Shown in pieces: positions 1 to 15,065 of a stretch of 64,000 bases of DNA. Each line of letters starts with the position of its first letter. Position 1 is the stretch's first letter. The stretch lies in assembly GCF_009914755.1 (NCBI RefSeq), contig NC_060935.1; one strand, given 5' to 3'. The notes beneath the pieces were generated by a model. That model did no database searches. It was not told the origin of the DNA and worked only from the letters and a program-made list of their open reading frames with translations. The translations under genes and the position numbers were made by a program. This DNA is from the human T2T-CHM13v2.0 reference genome, Homo sapiens.

Positions 1-1250
1 AATGATTATGCCACTGATTTACTATAGTATACCTTTTGTTATTTTAGAGTGCACTTTTTCAACTTATTACAAAAAAAGGAGTAACTGTAAAACAGCCTCA
101 GGTCCTTCAGGAGGCATTACAGATAAAGTTGCTATTATCATACGCAGTGATAGCTCCACGTATGTTATTGGCCCTGAAGATCTGCAATAAGGCAGGATGT
201 GGAGGCAGAAGACAGTGATTTTGATTATTAGGATCCTGTGGAGGTCTAGGCTTATGTATGTGTTGTGTCTTAGTTTTTTGTTTTGTTTTGTTTTTTGAGA
301 CGGAGCCTCGCTCTGTCACCCAGGCTGGAGTGCAGTGGCGCCATCACTGCAAGCTCCGCCTCCCAGGTTCACGCCATTCTCCTGCCTCAGCCTCCCGAGT
401 AGCTGGGACTACAGGCGCCTGCCACCACGCCCGGCTAATTTTTTTGTATGTTTTTTAGTAGAGACGGGGTTTCACCATGTTAGCCAGGATGGTCTCGATC
501 TCCTGACCTCGTGATCCACCCACCTCGGCCTCCCAAAGTGCTAGGATTACAGGCGTGAGCCACCGCGCCCAGCCCATGTCTTAGTTTTTAACAACAACAA
601 CAAAATCAATGTAAAAACAATTAGAAATAGAAAAAATACATTGACTAAGAATAGAAAGAAAGAAAATATTTTTGTGCAGGTGTACAAGGTATTTGTGTAT
701 TAAGGTAAATGTTATTATAAAAGAGCCAAAAAGTTAAAGCCAATGAAATAGTTTAAAAAGTAAAGTTACAGTAAGCTAATATTAATTTATTGTTAAAGAA
801 AAAAATTGTTGAACAAATGTAATGCAGCCTAAGTATACGGAGTTTATAAAATCTACTACTGTCCAGTAATACTCTAGGCCTTTATATTCACTTGTTACTC
901 ACTGACTCACCCAAAGCAACTTTTACTTTTGCAAGCTCCATTCATGATAAGCTATACAGGTGTACCATTTTTTTTGTCTTATTATGTCATATTTTAACTG
1001 TACCTTTTCTATGTTGAGATATGTTTAAATACACAAATATTATTTTGTTATAATTTCCTACAGTATTCAATACAGTAATAAGCTGTATAGGTTTGTAGCC
1101 TAGGAGCAATCGGCTATACCATATAGCCTAGATGTGTAGTAGGCTTTAATACTGAGGATTGTGCAAATATAACTCTGTTTGCATAATTATGAAATTGCCT
1201 AACAATGCATTTCACAGAATGCAAACTTGTCATTAACTGATCTATGACTG
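1..1250 (+). mobile_element. Tigger3b-like DNA transposon (TcMar-Tigger), runs off the left edge, interrupted by AluY
   Basis: Matches the Tigger3 body (AACTGTAAAACAGCCTCAGG..CCTTCAGGAGG, GATGTGGAGG..GAAGACAGTGAT); ends in TIR-like ...ATGACTG followed by TA at 1251-1252. Confidence 0.85.
279..574 (-). mobile_element. AluY
   Basis: Reverse-strand Alu with Y diagnostics (GCAAGCTCCGCC, TTAGCCAGGATGGTCTCGATCTCCTGACCTCGTGATCC); (TTTTG)n tail; TSD TGTCTTAGTTTTT at 266-278 and 577-589. Confidence 0.95.
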
Positions 1251-1570
1251 TATTAATATACTAAAAACATTTTTCAAAAGTTAAGACAGCAGTATAATTT
1301 TGTCAGGCTTTGTTTAATCACAATGCCACTTTATAATTTAAGCTGTCTAGCATTTTATTGTTAGGAGAACCTATACTATATATTTAATTGAGAAATAAAA
1401 TCATTTCAAATCACTTCCTATTAGTGTCTTCAAACTCCTACCACAGCATTAGTTCTTAATAATCAATTACATTTTTTATAAGTATTTAGAGTTTATGTGA
1501 TCTCCACAGTACCTCATTATTCTGTCATTTTGTTTCCCTACATATTGAAACTAATGTATGATAGTCCCTG

Positions 1571-2109
1571 TGTAACAAAGTAGCTTAGATTCAAAATTCA
1601 TTTTAAAACTTTTTTTCCCTTTCTTGCTTTTACCAGTGAAACATTCCTAAAAGCCCTTTGTTTCCCTCCTTTCCCACCAGGAGCTCCTGTGCACTCTGCT
1701 TGCTTATCTAATTATGGGCTTGCTGAGCAATTCAAGGGGCTAATTTTGAAACCAACCAGACATGGAGACCCAGCTGCAAAATTCAAGGGACTACCTCAAA
1801 GCAGTTAGTTTACAACCTGGTCATTGTTAAGATGATGCCAGCCCATGCTCTGAATGGATCATGAGTCAAGATAGCCACTAGACGAAGACACGCAGACCTT
1901 GTACCCAGCACTACTCCCACAAGCCTCCCATTTCAAGTTCCCTTTTTTTAAGCCCGTCTTCCCAGCCTAGTGTTTGGAATGGTCTCTTACTGACATGAGC
2001 CTGACCATTTCTCAACTGCTAACATTTGAATAAAGTTGCTTTTCTTTCACCGCACCTCTCTTCTGTTGTGGCTTCCAAGCAACAAGCAGCTGCACTTGAG
2101 ACTGTTACA
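1571..2109 (+). mobile_element. ERV1-class solo LTR (MER67-like)
   Basis: TGTAAC...GTTACA termini, AATAAA near 2029, 4-bp TSD CCTG (1567-1570 / 2110-2113); family name from recall only. Confidence 0.75.
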
Positions 2110-2151
2110 CCTGGCCTTATACTAAACTACTAAATCATTAGTGGTGCCCTT

Positions 2152-2231
2152 TTATGGTTAGTAAAAATATTGTGATTTTTGCCATTTGAAAGTAATGGCA
2201 AAAACCACAGTAAACTTTTGCACCAACCTAA
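2152..2231. mobile_element. MADE1 (Hsmar1-derived MITE)
   Basis: ~80-bp palindrome TTTTTGCCATT-TGAAAGT-AATGGCAAAAA ending CTTTTGCACCAACCTAA; left arm degraded. Confidence 0.9.
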
Positions 2232-3012
2232 TAGTTTTTGAAGGGGTAAAAACCAACAAACTCGAAGCAACTATTATTCATATATACATTTTTAGGGCCT
2301 AGAATTATGTTGAGTGAAAAAATAATACTATTTCCAAAGAATAGAAGCAACAATTTTAGATGTTTAAAGTTCATGTTTGTAACATAATTTATATTTTAAA
2401 ATACCTTTCACTTACATTTTTATTTGCTTAATTTAATTAAGCAAGGCATTTAAGTGCACATGAAGAATATTTTTGCTTTTACTCATGTATTTTAAATTTT
2501 ATAAGCTATCTATTTTATTATCACTAAAATGAACTAATTTTCAACACAATTTAACAAAACTATTTTTCCTTTGTAGAACTCAAACATGCCAGAATATGTT
2601 GGTAGCTAAAGACTTAAATACATTAAATTATATTAGTGTGTATTACCTGCATTAAACACCTATCTTTAAGGCTGATTAAAATGTATTTGAATGTTTTACC
2701 ACAGTTCCTACTAACAAGAGCAATTTAAAAAGATATCATACTTAATTTTTCTAAACTGTACATTGTTTGCTTTTCCCAAATAATCAATTTTGGGAAGACT
2801 AAGAAAAAACCACCTAGAGGTCACGCAGATTAATGTCAGAGTAACTTTTAATGTCTTCTTTTCACTGAAACAATTTTTCTGATAGAAGTATTTATTAAGA
2901 GTAGTATGTGATCAGAGAACATGCTTAGAACCTTTTCCTCCACAGTATAGCCATCAACTCAAAGAAAACAATGAAGCCATTAAAAATAAGTTTCTTTGAG
3001 TATAGCTTATTA

Positions 3013-5268
<2,256 letters not shown>

Positions 5269-5324
5269 TTTCTCTTCATCTGTAAATTAGTTTCTACAAC
5301 TTATTATTTAAAAAAATGACTTAG

Positions 5325-6170
5325 GGCTGGGCATGGTGACTCATGCTTATAACCCCACCAATTTGGGATGCTCAAGTAGAAAGATCAATTGAGACCAGGA
5401 GTTTGAGACCCACCTGGGCAACATAGTGAGACCTTGTCTTTATTGAAAGAAAGAAAGAGGGAAAGAGAGGAAAGCAAGAGAGAGAAAAAGAAAGAAAGAG
5501 AAAGAGAGAAAGAAATGAAGAAAGAGAAAGCAAAGAAAAGAAAAAAGAAAAGAAGAAAAAGGGAGGGAGGATGGAAGGAAGTAAAGGAGGGAGGGAGGGA
5601 TGAAGGAAGGAAGGAGGGAGGGAGGAAAGGAAATAAAGAAGGAAAGAAAAGAAAGAAAAGAGATAGAAACAAGAAGAGAAAAAAGAAGAAAGAAAAGGGA
5701 AGGAAGGAAGCAAGGGAAGGAAGGAAGGAAGGGAAGGAAGGGAAGGAAGGGAAGGAAGGGAAGGAAAGGAAGGAATGGAAGGAATGGAAGGAAGGGAAGG
5801 AAGGGAAGAAAGGAAGGAAAGGAAGGAAGGGAAGGAAGGAAGGGAAGGAAGGGAAGGAAGGGAAGGGAAGGAAGGGAAGGAAGGGAAGGAAGGGAAGGAA
5901 GGGAAGGAAAGGAAGGAAAGGAAGGGAGGGAACGAAGGGAAGGAAGGAAGGGAAGGAAGGAAGGGAAGGAAGGAAGGGAAGGAAGGAAGGGAAGGAAGGA
6001 AGGGAAGGAAGGAAGGGAAGGAAGGGCGAGCTAATCTGTGTAGTGACATACACTTGTAGTCCTAGCTACTTGGGAGGCTGAGGCAGGATGATAGCTTGAC
6101 CCCAGGAGTTTGAGGCTGAAGTGAGCCCTCCAGCTAAGCCAAAAAAGTGAGACCATGTCTCTTAAAAAAA
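5325..6170 (+). mobile_element. AluJ-like element with a hugely expanded purine linker
   Basis: Left monomer 5325-5440, right monomer ~6030-6162, flanking repeat TTAAAAAAATGAC at 5308-5320 and 6162-6174. Confidence 0.9.
5445..6027 (+). repeat. Polypurine (GAAA/GGAA/GGGAAGGAA)n tract, ~580 bp
   Basis: Seen directly; almost no pyrimidines on the + strand. Confidence 0.98.
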
Positions 6171-6539
6171 TGACATGCAAATTATTATTCATCTTCCTAT
6201 AGGCTAGTGTTCACTAGAAATATTTTAAAATATATCCAGACTACATAAAAGTAATCTCAGTATTTTCAACATTATAAATAGTTGGAAAACATAAATTTTT
6301 ACTATAAAAGTAAAAATTTTATTTTTTCGTACATACCTTAAGCTCTGCATTATATACAACTTGAGTAAAGTAAGAAAAAAATGTGGAGGACAAATATAGG
6401 AATATGCTTTTGAAATAATATTGCTACAAGTAATTATATTCAACATCACAAGAATCATATAACTGTATGATGACATAGAAATTGTTTTTGGAATTCCTTT
6501 GGTCTTATAAACCTGCTTTTCAATTCAGTAAGAAAATCA

Positions 6540-6730
6540 ATACATTTCTTGAGACCTAACTACATGTCAGACATTGTAGTAGTCATTTTACTTTATTGTA
6601 TTTATTATCAATGCACCCAGAATTCTAAAAGATACATACTATTATTATCACATTTTATTGATGAAGATTCTTGGATATAGATATATTAAGTTAATTATTC
6701 CAAGATCACACAGTTAATGAGTGCTAGAAC
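6540..6730 (-). mobile_element. MIR
   Basis: Core similarity TTTATTGATGAAGA...CCAAGATCACACAGTTAATGAG. Confidence 0.7.
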
Positions 6731-7059
6731 ACTGGTCAGTATATCTGTATTCACCATTAGAATGAATTCACCTGACAAAAAGGATTACATGAAAAATATC
6801 CTTTATTGTTAACACATAAAATCATAGACTCACATACTTAAAAGTGAACTTAATGTTTACCTGAGGAAATGCTACAAAATATATGCTTGAATTTTACCCC
6901 ATAACATTTACCCTTAAAAGTATGGATGAATATTTCCAAGGACAGATGATCCATCTATAGCACTTTCCACCTCTGAGCATCTTAACTCAAACTGGGAGGG
7001 ACATTACTATTAGAGCCAGACAAAGTTCCAGCCCAGAGGTTTCAAAGACAAACAGGAGA

Positions 7060-7910
7060 GGTCAGGTTGCCATTCTCATGGAACTTTCATACTAATGAAA
7101 AACATGTAACTAAACAATATACTAAATGTTTCTAATGGCTTTGAAGAATCTAAAAAAAATAATGTAATAAAGACTGAGTGTGGTTCTATTTTAAATTGGC
7201 TGGTTAGAGGCCTTTCTAAGAACGTTTATGCTAAATCAGAATTATATGGAAATTCTTAGTATGTGAATATAATAAGAAAAGTATTCCATTCAGTGGGAAA
7301 ACAGACAAACAAAAGCCCAAAAACCACTCATGCAGATTTCCTAAGGCAGGAAACAAGCATGAGCTATTGTAGGAAAGGAAAATGGGCATGTGTTTCTGAA
7401 GAAAGGAGACTGTCAGGGAGCCATATGAGGTGGGTGAGGGCTGGGCCAGGGCACATGGGGCTTTTGACATCTTGTTGAAGAGGTAGGGTTTCTTTCCAAG
7501 AGTAGATGGTTTTAAACAAGGTAGTAAGATTAACGGATTTTTATTTTTAAGAAACCACCCTGGATGTAGAGTCATGGGCCATTAACAGGCCAGAACAGAA
7601 CAGAGAAACTGGTTAAGAGGCTGTTGAAGTTAGATGATGTTATTGGACAAAATTTGCAGCAGTGGCGATGATATGTCAATGATTCAAAACATGTTTTGGA
7701 AGTAAAGCTCACAGGGCTTGCTCATAGATTGCATGTAGAAGGAAAAGAAAGACATAAGCAGTTTGCTCTTAGGTTTTTGACTTGAGCAAAAGAATGTTGA
7801 TTCCATTTACAAAGATAAGGGTTGACATTCTTAGTAAATTACTTAATTGATCAAAAAGAAAATTGAAGTTCAGTTTGGATTTTTAAGATTGAAATATATG
7901 TGGAATACAG
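7060..7910 (-). mobile_element. L2 (L2a-like) fragment
   Basis: Degenerate L2 3' region motifs (GGTTTTAAACAAGG, GCTTGCTCATAGATTG, GAAGTTCAGTTTGGA). Confidence 0.7.
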
Positions 7911-8421
7911 GAGATAAATATCTGTCATAATGTTTTTTACCCAATTAGTTCTATATCTACTCTTTTAGCACCAGAGTCATAAAGACTAACATCTCTTCAA
8001 AGTGGCAACATTTCGTATGGGCAGTTTTTTTCGGCCCATTAACATAGATCTTCCTTCTAGTCTTTGTCTTAAGACATGTTCCTCACACCATTCTATTTTT
8101 TCTCCTCTATGTTTTAATTTGCTTGTATCAATCCTAACTGGGGAGCTAAAAACAGAACATAACCGGACAGAATACTGGACACTTTGGAGATACTTCACAT
8201 AATTTTATTGCTCAAATCATAATGTTCCAAACTCCCTTTTCTAAGAAGTAACAGATGAGCATATTCTAGCATCAAAAAACTTTACCTTGTCTCATTTAAG
8301 AAATATGCATTACTTGGCATTATTAGTTTAGAACTGGGATAGGTTGGTAGGTGAATAGAGAGAATACTCACCAAGGATGGTATCTTGTGGTCGTGAACTG
8401 AAGAGAAGGTCCTGAGGTGCC

Positions 8422-8620
8422 AAATTAGTCTGCTAGGGCTACTATTAAAAAATGACCCAAACTGGCTGGCTTCAAAAACAAAAAAAATATTTTCTTACCG
8501 CTCTGGAGGCTGGAAGTTCAAGGTCAAGGTGTCAGTGTTCTTCAGCAGCCTCTATACTTGTCTTGCTGATGGTCCCCTTCTTGCTATGCCCTTACATGGC
8601 TTTTTGTTTTTCTGCACATC
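8422..8620 (-). mobile_element. MLT1 (ERVL-MaLR) LTR fragment
   Basis: TTAGTCTGCTAGGGCT...CTCTGGAGGCTGGAAGTTCAAGGTCAAGGTGTCAG. Confidence 0.75.
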
Positions 8621-9049
8621 CCAGGTGCTAATGGCAAAGTTTCTAGTCCTGAGGAGACAAATATTTAAAGAATACAATAAAGACAAGTGATACTGTACAG
8701 CAGAAAATGCCATGTTTCTTTAGTGTAGAATAAAGTGGAACAATATCTGCAGCTTTAAAACATATTTTAGTAAAACATAGTATATATTATTACCTACTCA
8801 GAATTTTAGTCTTCAATTTAAAGTAAAAAGTTAATCTTACTATGAAGAACTGGAAATTTTCAATTTTGGATATTGATCTTTGTCTAGGCAATGGAGAAAG
8901 TTAGCGACATAGTGCCAGAAGCAGGGATAGAGCCCTGTTATCCGAATTTTTATGCTCTCTCAGCTGAATTTGTTTGCGTCTAATTCTAGTATCTTTCCCT
9001 AAGAAAAGTAATTGGAATTTAAGCACAGTTAAGTTTGACAAAATTATAC

Positions 9050-9425
9050 CATAAAAAAAGACTCTGAAGCAACTGGAAATATTTAGCCTGCAGAAAATAT
9101 ACAGAAGAGAAATGTTTATTTTCCAATGTACAGAATTTGCTCTATGAAAGAGAAATGAGCCTTGTTTTGTGTGCAGAGGGTAGAACTTAGACCATTTGGT
9201 GGGAGCCATGGGGAAAATGTAAAGAGGACTATTCTAATAATTACAGTTATCCATCAAGCTAATGCACTGCTTTGTTAAGAACGAGAATTTCAACTCTGCT
9301 GGGGTATTAGTAAGTTGGACAGCCACTTGGAGAAAAAAAAGCACATCGGGAAATCAAACACTGAACAGATATTTGAACTGCATAATCTGTAAAGTTCATT
9401 CCAGTTCTGAAATACAACATTCTAA
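9050..9425 (+). mobile_element. L3/CR1 3' fragment
   Basis: TTTAGCCTGCAGAA...AGAGGGTAGAAC...TTCCAGTTCTGA...ATTCTA end pattern. Confidence 0.55.
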
Positions 9426-10271
9426 AAGAAGTCCTTCATAGTTTAATTTGATAACTAAAAAAGACATTGAAATACAGATTTAGTGAGGCACTAAGTAGAG
9501 ACAGAGATTATATTATTCAGTCATTTCAGCCCATAATTGAGAACTTAAAGTTGTCCAATCTGCAATCAAAACAATTTTTGTTCCTTTATCAAAAACTCTC
9601 CTGAAACTTAATAAAATATTAGAAGAATATCATTATGAAATTTTTCCTTCTTCAGTTTGAAAAGTAAGACTTTTAGCATATGCAGATAGGATTCAGAGAC
9701 TATTTCAACTCAAAATCTTTCATGAACACAGATACTTTTTTGTAGTTAATAAGTTATAAATATGATTTGAATTATTAAACTTGTTTCTCTAAAACAAAGT
9801 AGTTTATCAAAAGTAATTAAAACTGCATTTTATAATAGTTATAGAATAAACTAAGACAATATGAGAAATTACTTTCCTTCTCACCTCAGACACTCAAACC
9901 TACACATATGTTAGAGTAATGTGGAAGAAGAAACAAGAGCTGCCAGGAGTTGGGGAAAGAGAAGAGAGAGGAATTTATCAAAATACCACTGATCTTACAC
10001 CTCCGACTGCCCACTGAATAGATGTTTTGCAGGTATCAATGCTTTTGAATCTTTATCCATGAGGAAATATTACTGTCAAATCCATTCTCACTTGCAAATA
10101 TTACAGAGAACAAATTCCTTCCCTGCAAGTTATGCTAAAACTCAGGTGTGGAAAAAAAGATAGGTGGAGTCAACTCTACTTTATTCTTTTTTTCACAACT
10201 CCTAATATATTGGACCCCTTTTCTTCTTTTAAGTAACCGACAAAAAGTGTCCCATCAAAACATAATGTGAG

Positions 10272-12669
10272 TGGATTAGTCTATTCTCACATTGCTAATA
10301 AAGACATGCCTGAGAATGAGTAATTTATAAAGGAAAGAGATTTAATTAATTCACAGTTCCAAATGACTGGGGAGGCCTCACAATCATGGCAGAAGGCAAA
10401 GGAGGAGCAAAGTCACTTCTTATATGGTGGGAGGCAAGAGGGCAAGTGCAGGGGAACTGCCCTTTATAAAACCATCAGGTCTCATAAGACTTATCCACTG
10501 TCATGGGTACAGCACTATCAAGAGAACAGCAAAGGAAAAATCTGCCCCCATGATTCAATTATCTCCCACCAGGTGTCTCCCACAACAAGTGGGGATTATT
10601 ACAATTCAAGATGAGATCTGGGTGGAGACACTGAACCAAATTATATTATTCTGCCCATGGCCTCTCCCAAATCTCATGTCCTCACATTTCAAAACCAACC
10701 ATGCCTTCCTACAGTCCCCAAAGTCTTAACTCATTCCAGCATTCACCCAAAAGTCCAAGTGCAAAGTCTTATCTGAGACAAGGCAAGTCCTGTCCGCCTA
10801 TGAACCTGTAAAATCAAAAGCAAGTTAGTTACTTCTTAGATACAATGTGGGTGCAAGCATTGTGTAAATACATCTACTCCAAATGGGAGAAATTGGCTAA
10901 ATCAAAGGAACTACAGGCTCCATGCAAGTCTAAAGTTCAGCAGGGCAGAAAAATCTTAAAGCTCTGAAATAATCTCCTTTGACTCTGTGTGTCACATAGC
11001 ATTTGCGACGATGCAAGAGGTGGGCTCCTCCAGATTTGGGCAGCTCTGCCCCTGTGGTTTTGCAGGATACATCCCCTCTTCCAGCTACTTTTGTGGGCTG
11101 GTGTTGAGTGTCTTTGGCTTTTCCAGGTGCACAGGGCAAACTGTTGGTGGATCTACCATTGTGGGGTCTGGAAGATGGTGGCCCTCTTCTCACAGCTCCA
11201 CTAGGTGGTGCCCTAGTGGCGACTCTGTTTGGGCCTCAGACCCCATATTTCCTTCTGCACTGCCCAGATAGAGATTCTCCATGAGGTCTCCACCCCTGCA
11301 GCAAACTTCTGCCTGGACATCCAGCTGTTTCCATATATCCTCTGAAATCTAGGCAGAAGTTTCCAAACCTCAGCTTTTACTTCTGTGCAACCACAGATTC
11401 AACATCACATGTAAGCTGCCAAGGCTTGGGGCTTGCACCCTCTGGAAAAACATCCTGAGTTCTACGTTGGCCACTTTTAGCTGTGGCCAGAGCTGAAGCA
11501 GCTAGGATGCAGGGCACCATCTCTGGAGGCTGCATAAAGAGCGGGGGGCCCTGGGCCCAGCCCACAAAACCATTTTTCCTACATAGGTATCTAGGCCTTT
11601 GATGGGAGGGGCTGTTATGAAGGTCTGTGACATGCCCTGAAGACATTTTCCTCATTATCTTGGAGATTAACATTTGGCTCCTCGTTACTCATGTAACTTT
11701 ATGCAGCTGGCTCAAATTTCTCCCTGGAAAATGGGATTTTCTTTTTGACCTCATGGTCAGATTGCAAATTTTCCAAACTTTTATGGCCTGCTTCCCTTTT
11801 AAACATAAGTTTCAATTTCAAACCGTATCTTTGTGAATGCACAAAACTGAATGCTTTAACCCAAGACGTGTCTTGAACGTTTTGATGCTTAGAAATTTCT
11901 TCTGCCACATGCCCTAAATCATCTCTCTTAAGTTGAATATTCCATTTATCTCTAGGGCAGGGGCAAAATGCTGCCAGTCTCTTTGCTAAAGTACAAGAGG
12001 CACCTTTGCTTCAGTTTCCTTCAAGTACCTTATCTCCATCAGAGACCACCTCAGCCTGGATTTCACTGTCAATATCATTATCAGCATTTTGGTCAAAGGC
12101 ATTCCACAAGTCTCTAGAAAGTTCCAAACATTTCCACGTCTTGTCTTCTGAGCCCTCCAAGTCTCTAAAAAGTTCCAAACTTTCCCACATCTTTCTGTCT
12201 TCTTATGAGCCCTCCAAACTCTTCCAACCTCTGCCTATTACCCAGTTTCAAAGTCACTTCCACATTTCCAAGTATCTGTAGAGCAGCATCCCCCTTCTGG
12301 TATCAATTTACTGTATTAGTCTGTTCTCATGCTGCTAATAAACACATACCTGGGATTGAGTGATTTAAAACGGAAAGAGCTTTAATGGCTTACAGTTCCC
12401 CATGGCTGGGGAGGCCTCACAATTACGGCAGAAGGCAAAGGGGGAGCAAAGTCATGTCTTACATGGTGGCAGGGAAGAGGGCATGTGTGGGGGAACTTCC
12501 CTTTATGAAAACATCAGATGTTGTGAGACTTATTCACAATCATGAGAACAGCATGGAAAAAACCTTCCTCATGATTAAATTACCTCCCACGGAGTCCCTC
12601 TCATGACACATGATGATTACTACAGTTCAAGGTGAGATTTGGATGGGAATACTGAGCCAAAACATATCA
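10272..12669 (-). mobile_element. Full-length THE1C-like MaLR (LTR-int-LTR)
   Basis: LTRs 10272-10648 and 12312-12669, ~1.66-kb internal region, 5-bp TSD GTGAG/GTGGG (one mismatch). Confidence 0.92.
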
Positions 12670-13059
12670 GTGGGTTAAGGAATAGTGAAATTGACTGTGT
12701 TCGATTTACGCATGTTCTTACTGAATCTATTCTAAAACATGACCCAGGGTCCTAGGATAATTCATTAAAGAGAAAACATGAGGAGTTTGGTGATAGCCAC
12801 CACTATGCCTACCCCATTTACATTTTAAAACTTTCTTTTCAATTATCTTTCATCCCCCAATCATCAAATATTGGGGGATAACTAGCTTACTTACTTGTTG
12901 CTTACTTACTTAGTGTTTCAACTTGTCTTTTTTTTTGTCCCCAGAATTCTGAATCAGAAACTAATTGTCTAATACCCAAATAACCTAGTTAAAATTAACT
13001 CTGATACTGTTTTATTTTGTTGCTGTCAATATTCTTCTTTATAGAGTTCTATTAAAAAA

Positions 13060-13830
13060 AATTAGATTCAGAGGGTACATGCACTTGTTTGTTCCACTGG
13101 TATATTTCATACTGTTGGGAATTAGGCTTCTTGTTTACTCATTATCCAAATAATGAATATGATACTCAATAGTTACTTTTTCAACTCTCACTTCCCTCCC
13201 ACCCTACTCACTTTTGCAGTCCCTACAGTCTATTTTAATTTCTATGTCCATGTGTACCCATTGTTTAGCTTCCACTTAAAATAGTATTTTTGTTGTATTG
13301 TTTCTGCATTAGTTTATTTACAATAATGACCTCCAGCTCCATCCGTGTTTCTGCAAAGGACATGATTTCATTCTTTTTATGGCTGCATGCTATTTCACAG
13401 TGTGTGTATGTATGTTTGTAGATCGATAGAGACACATTTTCCATATTCAGTCAACCATTGATGGACACTTAGGTTGATTCTGTGACTCTGCTATTGTGGA
13501 TATTGCTTCAGTAAATATGAGTAATGATGTCTTTTGAATATCTAATGATTTATTTTGTGTAGATAGCCAGGAGTGGGATTTATGGGTCAAATGGTAGTTC
13601 TATTTTTAGTTTTATGAGCAATTGTCATACTGTTTTTCACAGAGGTTGAACTAATTTATATGCCTACCAACAATGTGAGTGTTTTCTCTGAATCCACACA
13701 AACATTTGTTGTTTTTCGACATCTTAGCAATAGCCATTTTGACTGATGTAAGATAGTATCTCATCATATTTCTAATTTTTATTTCTCTGATGATTACTGA
13801 TATTGAGTATTTTTTTCATTTTTTATGCAA
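13060..13830 (-). mobile_element. L1PB-class 3' end
   Basis: TTAGATTCAGAGGGTACATG... 3'UTR plus ORF2 C-terminal remnant on the minus strand. Confidence 0.8.
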
Positions 13831-14211
13831 CTCACATTTTTCTAGAATACCATTACTTTTATGAGCCTTGAAAACATGCTAAGTAAAAGAGGCCAGACAC
13901 AACAGACCACAGTTCAAACAAAAATGGATAATTTAGGCATTCCCAAACAGTGAAAGAAATAGACCATAAGAACGATTTTGTCATAAGGGGATAAAGGAGC
14001 CAAATTTTCTCCAATATAAGTAGTATACATACTAATTTATACATATTTAAACTTACCAATTTTATATTTGTGTTCAAATTAGTTTAACCATATAAATATG
14101 AATCAGGCTATGTAATTTCTTGGCCTTTAAATATTTCAATCTTTATGCAAAATAAGTTTATTTCTTCTTTTCTTATCCCCAGATACTACAACCCAAATAA
14201 TTTAATGTATA

Positions 14212-14544
14212 CAGTCTGTGATGCAAAACACAATGTTTTGTATAATGGTGGTTCCAACAGATTACAATCCTACATTTTTACTGAACCTTTTCTATGTTAA
14301 GGCATTTTAGATACATAAACACTCATACCATTGTGTTACAATTGCCTATTGTCTTTAGGAGCTTAACATGCTGCACAGATTTGTAGCCTAGAAGCAATAG
14401 GATACAACATATAGCCTAGTTATATAGTAATCTATACTATCTAGGTTTGTGTAAATGTACTCTGTGATATTCCACAATGACAAAATTGCCTAGCAATGAT
14501 ACAATTCTCAGAATATATCGCTGTTGTTCAGCAACACATGATTG
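14212..14544 (+). mobile_element. Tigger3a-like non-autonomous DNA transposon
   Basis: TA|CAGTC ... CATGATTG|TA termini; homologous to the 3' part of the Tigger3b at 960-1250. Confidence 0.85.
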
Positions 14545-15065
14545 TATTGTAATTCTCAAAAGAAAATATAAAGAAGGCAAAGGCAAGAAAATATTTTTTA
14601 AGCCTCTGATGAATATATAAGAAATCTGAATATATACAAATATGAGAAAATATGGGACCAAATATGTCTATATGAATATCAGAATGTTATACACATACTA
14701 ACATATTTCAATGAAGTGCAATTATTCTGATAGGACAATGAACATGTAAGTGGTTGTGTAATAAATCAGAGTTGCCTCAAAGCAATAAGTAAAAATAACC
14801 ATTATTTTTCCTGGGAAATTATTGGTGTGGGGAATTTTCTATTGGATGAGCATAGGGAGACAAAAAAATTTTAAAAACCCACAAAGGTAATGAGATGAAG
14901 ATTATATTGCACATTAGTGTGTTTAATAGCCTGAGTCAGAAACACCATAAATAAAGAAGATATTACTCAAAGCAATGTACTTTAAGTGTCAAAATGTATT
15001 TCAAGATGTTTGATGAAATTATATTTTATACATGCTGTTTTAAAACTGCTCATTAAAAAAAAGGA

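Noticed and set aside
5372-6081. Long K/E/G/R-rich and S/L/P/F-rich ORFs (up to 225 aa)
   Set aside because: Translations of a purine microsatellite, which lacks stop codons by composition
12105-12220. ~50-bp tandem duplication in THE1-int
   Set aside because: As I recall it is a subfamily consensus feature rather than locus-specific; not verified
10930-12281. Cluster of 70-100-aa ORFs in the THE1 internal region
   Set aside because: Fragments of decayed MaLR internal sequence with no continuous frame
12852-12879. 10-bp inverted repeat ATCCCCCAAT/ATTGGGGGAT resembling a terminator
   Set aside because: Intrinsic terminators are irrelevant here, and a 10-bp stem is weak evidence on its own
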